A stretch of DNA of 61,203 nucleotides, counting the filler, from Rhabdomonas costata (taxonomy: Eukaryota): NCBI GenBank assembly GCA_019059605.1. It is 18 parts of 18 records of this genome, joined end to end, with 100 filler letters (N's around TTAATTAATTAA, not from the genome) between each part and the next. Parts side by side here need not be neighbours in the genome. Positions count along the whole stretch, not along the records: positions 34,088 to 37,391 come from JAHMHO010001028.1; positions 37,492 to 40,796 come from JAHMHO010001029.1; positions 40,897 to 44,198 come from JAHMHO010001030.1; positions 44,299 to 47,601 come from JAHMHO010001031.1; positions 47,702 to 51,004 come from JAHMHO010001032.1; 13 more parts are not named here. One strand, written 5' to 3'. Positions 37,388-48,115 of this stretch are shown here, piece after piece. The notes beneath the pieces are model-generated. The model did not search any database and was not told the DNA's origin. It saw nothing but the letters and a program-made list of their open reading frames with translations. Numbering within the stretch: position 1 is the first letter of the stretch; every line of letters starts with the position of its first letter. Both the position numbers and the translations under genes were made by a program.

Positions 37388-38415
37388 ACCCNNNNNNNNN
37401 NNNNNNNNNNNNNNNNNNNNNNNNNNNNNNNNNNNTTAATTAATTAANNNNNNNNNNNNNNNNNNNNNNNNNNNNNNNNNNNNNNNNNNNNTCGCGGCAG
37501 CCCCTGCGGGTAATTTTATTCGGGTCTCTAAAACCCCATCCCCATTCTTCATTTCTTTATTAAATCAGCATTATTGTTAAAACGGACAATTTGTTTGCGG
37601 TTTGTGTGGTTTTGTCTGATAAACAGTCTGATAAACAAACCTGGGAGACTGGGGGACCTCAGAGCGGGATCACAGGAAAACGCGAAAGCCGAGTTCAACT
37701 GTCGACCACGGTGCTGGGCCTGTACTTTTGATGTCGAGGTGGGCTAGGGGCGGTGCATACATTAAAAAATGAGAAGTATGTCCTATTGTCCTTCTGATTG
37801 TACGTTTGAAACCTATGCAGTTGTATGCTGTAGGGCACAAAATCAGGGTGCAAGGTTGCTCAGAGCCATGGCAATGGCACATGACACTGCGCAACAACAA
37901 GCACCTTACCTCGTTAATTGACGAATCTGAATCGCGATTAAACACTGGAAATGGTGATGCACCACACGACAGGCACAGTGAACTGAATTGCTAAATCCAC
38001 TCTGCGAGGAGGGAAGTAGTTCTTTTCAATGCATCCACATGAACACAGCCCTAAACTTCCGATGTCCTGCTGAGGAAATCACTGCTACTAGGAATGGGAA
38101 TGGGGAGAAGACATACGATGTGGGATCGAGGACAATGGACTGCATCGGGGAGCTCACAATGCCCTCCAGCGGCGCCCCGCAGCCCACCGATGCATGAGTG
38201 TCTGAGGGGGCCTCCCTAACCCCAGCAGCCGCGTCGTTTAACGAGCGTTTCACGAGCACAGACAGTTGGGTATTCCATATCTGGTTAGCGGTGTTAAATG
38301 TTCAATGCCCCCCCCCTAAAGCAAGCTCCAAAGCGGCGGCTCGTTTCTTGTTTCGCTGGTTTCCGCTTCTTTACCGCGCTGTTGGTTTCTTTGAATGACC
38401 TCCCGCCAATTTTAG

Positions 38416-39724
38416 GTACGGGGACACTTTCGAGGGGAAAGGTCGCCTAACCCTTCCCAACGGAGGTCTACGAGGGCTTTTTCCGCACGGGCACTGCTCA
38501 CGGGGCGGGGGACTATATTTTTGTAGATGGGACCAAGCTTGAAGGGGAGTGGCGGCTGGGTCTCATAAACGGAGAGGTGCTGTCGCTTGCTCTCGCTTCG
38601 TCTCCTGTGATTTGCGCGTTCGGATTGATTCGGGACTTTGTTGAATTCTGGTGGCGTTTGACTCAGGAAAGAGCGACCAATATGCTCTGCAGCTGCAGCG
38701 TACGAACTTTCTCGCAAACGTCGGTTGCATCGGCACATCGGCACGTCAAAACACATAGGAACCAGCGTACGAACTTTCTCGCAAACGTCGGTTGCATCGG
38801 CACATCGGCACGTCAAAACACATAGGAACCGCAGCAGGGGGTTTTCTGAATGCCGCTCTGGTACGTGTGACCTTCCGGTTTGGTCATGCAGGGTGTGGTG
38901 TGCTACCCCGATGGGAAGCACATCCTGTGCAACTTTCGTGACGGTCTGGGCAGCGGTTCGGGCACCATAACCTTTCCCAACGGAGACCGCTACACCGGAG
39001 AGATGCAGAACGCCGTGATGCACGGCAAAGGTGTCCATTCTCTGTGCACTGCCGTGCCGTGTAAGTCCTGGTAAACAGCGCACACTGTCTGGCTGACCAC
39101 AACCATAACCTCCCACAGATCACCAGTTCCTGGTGGTTGGGCTGCAATTACATTTAAACAAAGGGCTCACACTTATAAAATTCGGAAACTCAGATGATGT
39201 GATTGTTTCCCATTCGATATATCGGACCTGTAGTTTAATGAAGTTGTGATGTTGTCTGACCATGTTAGAACTGTTAGACGTGGAGCGCCGCAAAGTACCC
39301 TCTGCGCCGAAGGCGGGATTTTTCGATTAGCTTCATGTTTATGTGGATTTTTGAAGCGAAATGGTTGCGTATGTGCTTTGCGTTTAGACCGTACTACGTA
39401 ACCGTAAGGGTGGACTGTCTCTCGTTGAACGGGCAGTTTCACTCGGGTAAGCTCGACATCAAAAGTGTGAAATCTTCGAGCATTCTATTGAAACCAAGGT
39501 ACTTTGGCCTTCCGTTCACTTCAGGGCGGTACCTCTTGTCCGATCCCGAAGGCGACGAGCTGCGGTGCAGCTGGAGCTGCGGCCTTCCCGAGGGCCGCGG
39601 GCTTCGCCTGGCTCAAGGACAGTGGTATTCCGTGGAGTTTGCGGACGGCATTTGCATTCGAAGCATCCCAACTGACTCACCTTCTCCAGTGGATACTCCT
39701 GGACTAGTGTTTGCCAATCCTTGA
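38416..39724 (+). CDS. MORN-repeat protein, 5'-partial; exons 38416-38576 (frameshift at ~38465), 38892-39030, 39525-39724
   Basis: YGDTFEGKGRLTLPNG/VYEGFFRTGTAHGAGDYIFVDGTKLEGEW, ITFPNGDRYTGEMQNAVMHGKG. Intron phases are compatible. Confidence 0.85.
38696..38829. repeat. Exact 67-bp tandem duplication in a MORN-gene intron
   Basis: 38696-38762 = 38763-38829. Confidence 0.95.
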
Positions 39725-42662
39725 TGGAGTCCAGTGTGGACGGACGCATGAGTGAGCCCTTGGGCCCACTTTGTACAACGCTGTTGCCACTGCCATGTAA
39801 TACCTCACTCAGGCTGGGTGCCGATGTAATAAGACTGGAGCGTCAATGTCACACAGGAAGGTGAACCGAATCCTTTTGAGCGATTTGTTCAGCTGCACAG
39901 GGATTCGAGATACAACCCCTGACTGCAGCCTTGCTGCCCAAGTGCTTGCACCAAGACCATCAGGCTTCCTTGCAAGCCCAAGGTTGCTTCTTTTGAGACG
40001 CCACAAAGTCAGTCTGACTGCTCCTTTCCAATGGCTTGGGAATTTTCTTCCCGGGTTTTCAGGGTTCATTTTTTTTGGCACTTTTTCTTTCAAAGAACTG
40101 GAATGGAAAATGGGTCCTCTGACCGAAAGACTTCCCCTCTCCGCGTTCTCCATGTTCGTGGTGACGAGGGACGCCAACCTCTCTTTCTCTGAAATTGCTT
40201 TTGCCACATATTCTATGGGGCAACAGGTTATGATAACCGAAGGCGAAGGAAAAGCCTGAAAATACATGGACTTTAACGAACACTACGCAAAAACTATGCG
40301 AGACTGAAAAGTTCCAAGACTCTCACATCCCTCTTACATCCCCAAAAAGTGATCTGAATTGAAGAAGTTCCGAATGCATAAGAAGCAACAGAGTTGACAC
40401 GATTCACAGAGACTTTTCGTTCTATCCCCAAACCCCCTGAAAGCACAATCCTATTTTTTTGGGTAAAACATTCTCATCTTTCAAGGTTCTGGTGATACGG
40501 ACAATATTGCCGGTATCAAAAAAGGATGTAGCTGTTTCTTACAATACCAATGGCTGCGTGGGGCAAGAAGCGGCGCGAAAGGGATAAAAATAGCCGCCAA
40601 GGCCAAGGGGGCACCACAACCGGCCGAAAGTGAAAGTTAAGAAACCCTGACCCCAAGGACCGGCCCTGCAGCGTTTTGGGAGGCCTGCTGTGTATAAAAG
40701 ACCCCAGAGGCCTGCTTCAGCTGAGCTCTCAAGAGGTTTAGGGATGCTAATAATAATGGTATACACTGCCAGCCAGAATAATAAGCCCAACACCCANNNN
40801 NNNNNNNNNNNNNNNNNNNNNNNNNNNNNNNNNNNNNNNNTTAATTAATTAANNNNNNNNNNNNNNNNNNNNNNNNNNNNNNNNNNNNNNNNNNNNAAAG
40901 AAATTCTGTGTTCTCCCAAACCGGCGCCCAACACTGGGGCGAGAAACCCTTGTCGGGGTTTGGTGCATGCTTTTGGCACACCCACTCCACTCCCACCGCA
41001 GGGAAGAAGTGCAAAGAACGGCCCATCCTGCGGCGGCACACGCACAACTCACCCCTGTGCACCACTCGGGTGGCCACGAGAACCACCACACCTCAACCCA
41101 GAGCGTTGCTGGTGAGGACACCAAGCCACCACCGGCAGGCAGGCAACTCACCCAAAACACACGCAACGGGGAGGACGACGTCTGGTACTCGCGCTCCTGG
41201 TCCGAGGAGCAAAATGGGGACGGTGCTGAGGCAACCCAAAGCCCCGCACGTACATCACCCACGCACTCAGGCAGGGAGGACGTGCAGGTGTCGCGAACCA
41301 GCCCTTTTGAGGGTCCGCAGGGCTCTCTAAAGCGTGTCAGGCAAGCAGCTCAATGGGGCTACAGCAACAGCCGAATGGGAACGGAATCACCACTTGGGAG
41401 GGAATGTCGAATCTTCAGACTTTTTTTGGTTTGGGTAGAATGTGCAGACACCAGAAGACAACAGATGGCGGAGCGCCCCGTACGTGGGTAGTTTCGTAGA
41501 GCTTCCCCTCCTGGTTGTTTTTATTCATGCTGCCACCTCGCGACAACCCATTGCCCTTTGTGTTTTCCTTCTGCACACTCTGTGTCGGAGGGCTTCGAGT
41601 CCCCCAGCTTGCGGGGCTCCCCGTCTTTCCTTCTTCATTCTCATTTACTGAAAGTTTGTTTTCTGTGTGGACCCCCACTGTAGAGACAAAATTTGAAAAG
41701 AAAAATGATCAGAAAATGCAGACGGGTCATGGGTGAAACGACCGGCGGAAGTGGATCCCTCTCTGCACAGGCTATCTGACTTCCACAGCAGCCTCAAGCT
41801 TTGCACAGCGGAAGCATGATTTAGATTTTTCAAAGCCCTTCCTTTAAAAAAGGAACCTGATCGTTTAACGTCGTTAAACCATGTAATAACCCCCCGAGAA
41901 AAACTGTTTCGGCCATCACTACAGGGCGAGTTCCTGGTTGAAAATTGGAATCCGCCAAGTCCGGGGGAAGCAGCGGACCATCTTTTGAGCACCCCCATCC
42001 CTTGTCTGAAATGAGCAAAGGGCTGGGTTAGGCGTGTACTCGTTAAATTCAATCGTCAACGCACCATTGAAGGATATTTGCCATGCTTTTCCCCCCGTAT
42101 TTTTCCCAGCACTGCGGCAAAAAAGTCTTGCAATTATTTCTTGCAACAGTAGGGGTCAGCACCAAACAGCTTTTACAAGATGAAACGCAAGAAAACCCGG
42201 TGTGGATGGCAAAATGCTAACACACAATTCTAGCTCATCCCAACAAAACTTCGAAAACAAACTTTAGCGGGCCCTCCAATTCCAAGAAGGCAGCACGCGC
42301 AACCTTTTGACCAGAGCCAGTTCGCTGAGGACGCAACAAGAAACAACGTGACACAAAAAACAACTCACAAAGAGAAGGATATCAAAGTTAAAGAGGCCGA
42401 GAGCCAGGGGAAGGGGACGGTGAGTTCTACACCACAACCAGCAGGGGAGAGACTCTACTGACTGGCCAATTTACTCTCCGATCTGTGAAGTGCTAAGGAG
42501 CATTCGCGCCGTCCCTTTGGCCTCCGCGCTCGAAAGGCGCCTCCACAGTCTCTCCCCATATCTTTTACTTCAAAAAATGCTCACGAAAACTGAGTTGAGA
42601 TAAGCCTGATAGCTTTGGTTTTTTGTTTTCGTGTTGCCATGTTACCGTTTTAGGGAACACAA

Positions 42663-43917
42663 ATGTATGGAAGGCCATTTATGCCGCCACAACAGCCGCA
42701 GTCTCAGCTGCGCTACCAGCCTTACCCAGCAAGACCACAGGCCCTCCAGCCTGTTGCACCCAGAATAGCACCCGGTGTTGCAGTTGTCCGCCCCGCTGTA
42801 CCCGTGCCAACGGTGGCGGTTGTGCCAGCGCCGCACAACTACAAGTCTGACCTGAACCTTTGGCTGCAGAAGCACGGGTACAGCGCGGGAGTGCCGTACA
42901 CAACGTTGCCCTCTCCAACGGGAGGTTTCCAGTCTCAGCTGGAGCTTCCCATTGATGGGGCCAACGGTCTGCAGGTCGTTTTCGGTGCTGGAGCCTCCAA
43001 GAAGGACGCGGAGAGCGAATGCGCAATGCAAGCAATGCAAGTAATTGAACAGCTGGGGCTGCTTGACGCCCCTTCCCAGGTGCGCTGTTCTGCGCAAGCT
43101 TTGCCAGCAGGAGAGTACGAACGTACTTTTTCCGAAACGCCCCCCTTGAATAACCATTCTGCGTTTCGCAAAAAGTTCGTTCGTAAGGCTGGCCGTCGGT
43201 CAAAGGGAGATGAAGGTGAAGCGGTTGGGTCCAGTGTTTGCTATTGCAATTGATTGTTGTGATTTTGTTCGGGCTCAAAGTGTTGTAAATCATATTTTGT
43301 GGGGCTTGCTTGGCGAGCCCCTTGCTACATGTTAGGTTCAATCGAACAAGAAGGCCAAGCAGCTCCCGCAGTATGTCGATGCCCCAATTGCAGCAAGTGT
43401 GGAACAGGTTGTCCAGGTGCCCGCACCGCAGCCAGTCTCCCGGGTATACACTCAGGACTCTCAGGTGTGCAAGGGGTTTGGCTCGCTTTTCTCTTCCATA
43501 CACCACCCATGTGGGAACCCATCTCTCTTCCGGCTCAGGCCAACTTCGAAGCGCTGAAGCAACTGGTGCTGGAGAAGGTCACCCAGTATCCTGGAAAGCG
43601 AGCAGCTGCATACCTGATGATGTTGACTGTGCTCCTTTCTCCTGCTGGTTAGGTTCTTTTTTCTTTGGAGCTGTGCCCTTTTTGAGGCTTTTGTTCACTT
43701 TCCTTCACAGGTTTCCTGCCACCGAAGTTCGACGGCGCATCCAGGCGGCTCTGTACGCACTTGAGAAGGATGGTCTGCTCGCCAAGGTGTGCTATACGTG
43801 AAGGTCTGCAGGTCTCGGCGACTCCGCCTGCTTTTCTTCGCGCTGAGGGATGTGCCTTTCACATTTTTCGTGTCCACAGACGGCGCCCTCCCAAGGCTGG
43901 AAAATGGCTCCGTTCTG
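42663..43917 (+). CDS. Pro/Gln-rich N-terminus + dsRNA-binding domain + Z-alpha-like winged-helix domain; exons 42663-43079, 43336-43464, 43539-43621, 43711-43786, 43880-43917 (or read on to stop at 44071)
   Basis: dsRBD: NYKSDLNLWLQK...PY...F...GAGASKKDAESECAMQAM. Z-alpha-like: LKQLVLEKV...RAAAYL...RRRIQAALYALEKDGLL...APFW. Four GT-AG introns with matching phases (0,0,2,0). Confidence 0.82.
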
Positions 43918-44555
43918 GTACGCATTGGGTTCTTGTTGTGGAGGTGTCCGAAATCTGAATGAAGGCCGTCGATTTCAACCGTTTGTTTTTGGTCTTGTTC
44001 TGCTTTGCACTACTGGCAGTGAATACTTGATTCTGCCAGTTTTCTGCTTGAGCTATTTGCCAGCACCGTGAAGCCCTATCCTTTGAAATCGTGGAAGTTA
44101 CCGACCTCTGGGCGGGATCTTGCTAGCGAACTGCCGTTACCGTTAGTTGTTTCCGTGCTGATTTATGAAATGTAAGCAGCACCACACCACCCCCCCCCNN
44201 NNNNNNNNNNNNNNNNNNNNNNNNNNNNNNNNNNNNNNNNNNTTAATTAATTAANNNNNNNNNNNNNNNNNNNNNNNNNNNNNNNNNNNNNNNNNNNNTG
44301 GGGTTGGTAAAGTGGCTGAGCTCGAAGTAATCGCCTTCCGGGTCAGTGCTGTTGTCTTCATCTTCGACCGGGCCCATATTCTGCTGGGCCCACCTCCCAC
44401 TGCCAATGGTTCGGGTTAGGCAGAGAAGGGCGGTGAGGATGTTGGGATGGGAGTCTGGCAGACAAATGTTTATCTCTTCTAAGGAGGCCCATGAAGTACG
44501 GGAACATTTAAATTTAACGTCGGGTACAACATTGCAGGAGCTAAAATGAAACGAG

Positions 44556-44792
44556 TTAGGTAGCTTCAAAGAAACCGACAAACGACAAATTTAAGGAAAA
44601 TATGTTTCTGCGGGGACCAGGAATACAGAAGCTTGGGCCTCTTCCCTCTTCCCCACGTGATTTACTTGGGGTGCGAAGCCCACCGGACCTTTTCCGCTCC
44701 CAAACCCGAACAATGCTGCTTTGGTTCCCTGGCTGCTCCTCGGAAGCGCGTAAGGCACTTGATTCCTTATCTGAGAGCCTGCTCTCGGTGCC

Positions 44793-44823
<31 letters not shown>

Positions 44824-46428
44824 CCGCTGCTGGTGGTGGGAGAAAATGCCGCCACAGATGACGAAGTAGGTGAGGTGACCACCGAGGGATCGGGCACAGA
44901 AGCGAAGGTCAAGGGAGAAGGTGGCGCTGACGTTGTCCTAGGCGATGGCACCACTGGTGTTGCCGCGTGGCGGCGCACAGAGGTGGTGAGAGCTCCTCGC
45001 ATCCCAAGAGTGGGAACTGTGGGTGGGTGCGTAAAGGGGTGGGGAAAATTTAAGAGAAACACCCAGCAAACCCATTGGCACCAACCTGGCATAAAAATCT
45101 GAGTACGGCACTAAGTCTGTTCTTCCTGAAATCTGGCTGAACCAAAGGGCCGGGTGTAGTACATTAGACCCCTTCCCCCGTCAAGCACAATGACGGGATA
45201 GCGCACGAGGGATTGATACACTGCGCAAGTGCGTCCCAGGGGCACGGGAAATCCTCTAACCCCAGCAAAACTTCCGTCAGAATTCCAAAGACACATGTAT
45301 CATCCAAAATCTTTGAACGTGAATATTCTCCTAAACTCCTGGAAAAGGCCCATAACCCCATGTAAACCGTATCCCACCATAATACAGAGTTCCACAAGAA
45401 AGCATGGCTTGACTTCGTAACCATCCATGCATGATCGTGCAGAAACCAAAACACAAAAAACTCGGGAACAGAACTCACCTGCGCCTCCACGCTGAGCCGC
45501 CTCTGCCCGAGTGGTGCGCGCGGCCTTGACATTGGAGACAAGTACCCCAAACTGGGCCCGCAGCTCGCTTACCCGCCGCTCCTGCAAAGTGCCACAAGAA
45601 ATCGTGCTTCTCTGCACACAGCATACTGGCTTGCCTGGGCCTAAGTTCTGAAAAACATTATTACTCATAACTTTCCGCGACGAGGGATATCTGAAGCGGG
45701 GTCTTGTGGCAATATCCCGTACATATCCCTTACGTTCAGCTTGGTGAAAAAATGGACTTAGTTAGTGATTGAAGGCACTGTCCGACCTGAATGAACAAAG
45801 GTGCCAGGTGGTATAGTAACCATCAGCATAGGTTCGACCCATGCCCACAAATCTCTACAGATCAAAAAAAAAGGCACTGTCCTGGTCCCCCACAGTAAGT
45901 CAAGATCGAATGTTTAGCATCTGTATTCTATAACTTCACAGAAGGCCATTTTTGATCATCTGGATGACACCAAAGACCTTGGCCGACAGGGCCAACTTGC
46001 TGATGTCTCCGCCTTGTGCTTGAGACCGAGCCTCCCGCAGCTCCTGAGAAAAAAGCACAGGCGAAAGAGAGACGGGGTAAGAGCTGAATTGCTGAGGACG
46101 ACACTCACGCAGAGCAGCGCGGGGAGCCGGGGAGCCGGAAACTTTGGCTGATCTTTGGAAAGCACATTTAAACCAGCACCACCGTGCCATAAGCCGCTCC
46201 AGCACCACCTGATGACACCCCTTTCCGGCTTTCCGGCACTTTCCGGAGGGTCCCACTTCCACACCCACCCACCCACCGAAAGACCTTCTCCGCAGCGTCC
46301 AAGTGAGCTCTCGCCCGGAGTAGCCGCGCGTCCTCCTCGCGCTGCAGCTCCACCTCCACTTCCCGGGCCTTGGACACCAGCACATCCCTCGTGAAGTCCT
46401 CGATGGTTGCCACGTCAACCCCGACATC
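44556..46428 (-). CDS. Uncharacterised coiled-coil + Ser-rich protein, 5'-partial; exons 46428-46285, 46043-45978, 45581-45479, 44992-44556
   Basis: Phase-compatible GT-AG junctions, heptad-like E/R/L/A-rich exons, and an (AGC)n tract encoding poly-Ser. Confidence 0.6.
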
Positions 46429-47378
46429 CTGCGCCGAAACCCGAGCGCAAAAAAAAAGAGCACCCCTTTTCCGGAAATTTTAGCGGCAAAAAGAAAACGG
46501 GGATGAGACGAGAAAAGCATGATCAAAACCGTTAATCGACGATTGGAAGCCAAGCGGGGATTTTACGTACCCCTCAGCCAGATTAAGTCACAGAATCTCA
46601 GTCACGGAGGAAAGTCCAGCGGCAAGCGGGCAAGATAAAACGAGCGCCCAATCCACACACGTTAATACCTGTAATTCGGAGGGGCGAACAGCAACCCTAG
46701 CCATCACAGCTGGAGTCGATCACAGAAAAACATGATGACGCTAGTGCACAACCCAGGACAAGAAGAGGCTTGAACGTGGAGAAAAACAAAAGCTACGGGT
46801 GCTGTCCCTGCAGGAAGAAAGGCACTTCAAGAACGGCACCCGATTCATTTAACAACAGTTGCGCAAACTTCCAATGACATTTCAAAACTCATGCCGACAC
46901 TGCTGGCCTGTGGGGGAAAAAACGTTGACCTTCGACTTATTGATCGTTCAAGAGCAGAACTTCACCTCGACCTCGGAGCAACAAAGCGAAATGCGCCCAT
47001 CTCCAACGCTGGGTTGTTGACCACTCCCTCGACCTCCAACCACTGCCACCTTCCAAGCAACCTAGACACGGAATTTTATTACCAGGTGCGTTCCATAAAT
47101 TAGAGCAAAGATCAAAGCGTGCTGGCGGGAGAAAAGAAGTCCCCTGAAGAGAGCCCTCCCGTCTCACGGAGCAATTACAGAGTACAAATGGGTCAGCTGC
47201 CGCCCAGAGGGCTCGTGTCCACCCAGAAAAGCGGAGGGCCCACCACGGTTGCAGCCGGCCGCACCTCGGGACTCGGGACAGAGTGCATCACACCGGGAGC
47301 CCTCCCAGCTCCACACACGACACTGTGGCTGCCGCGGCCCATGGGAGGTCGTCGGTAGGGGTTCTGAACCCCTGAAGT

Positions 47379-47417
47379 TGGCGCAGTGAGACCACATGCT
47401 GGCGCAGTGAGACCACA
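47379..47417. repeat. 18-bp direct repeat (21-bp period) preceded by an 8-bp inverted repeat
   Basis: tggcgcagtgagaccaca at 47379 and 47400; aggggttc-t-gaacccct at 47357-47373. Confidence 0.85.
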
Positions 47418-48115
47418 AGGGGTCACAGCGGATGCGATCCCACGGAGAGGGATGAACGCAGGTAACCCCGGGCAGCTCGAGCTGGCTCGTGGATTACGAT
47501 CAGCATCCGGGCGTGGAAGATACTCACCAGAATGAATCAACCTAGGCCCACAAAGAGCACATGAAGCAGAAAGCTCACCACTGCCCTGTCCCAACACCCA
47601 CNNNNNNNNNNNNNNNNNNNNNNNNNNNNNNNNNNNNNNNNNNNNTTAATTAATTAANNNNNNNNNNNNNNNNNNNNNNNNNNNNNNNNNNNNNNNNNNN
47701 NGGGGCATCTATTTGGCCTGTTCCCGTGTGCTGGCTGTGGGGTCTTTTCCAAGGTGTCGGTGTGCTTGCGAAAGTATGTCCCCGTGCTTGTTTGGTTGCT
47801 GAGTGGGTAGCCCAGGCGCTGCATGGGGCATACGCCCAGAGTGCTCTGTCTTATGCAGATCGCTGCTCCAGCAGGAAATGTACATGTATTGCTTTCGTTT
47901 CCGTGGAGTCGCAATTTCTCATTTGTTTTTGCTTTCGTTTTCTTGGCATGATCCTGGATGGCGTGTAGCGACTCTTTTGAAAAGCACGTCGACTCATGGG
48001 ACACATTTTTCTTGTGTAAGAAAAAACGATCACCTCGAATACCACTTTTTTTTCGTTGTGATGTGGTCGTCCTTTATTTCGTTTGGGCACACCCAAACCG
48101 CGCTGGGTGCTTCAG

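Noticed and set aside
45803-45846. tRNA-like A-box/B-box (ggtggtatagt...ggttcgaccc)
   Set aside because: Too short, no anticodon arm, and the T-stem does not pair.
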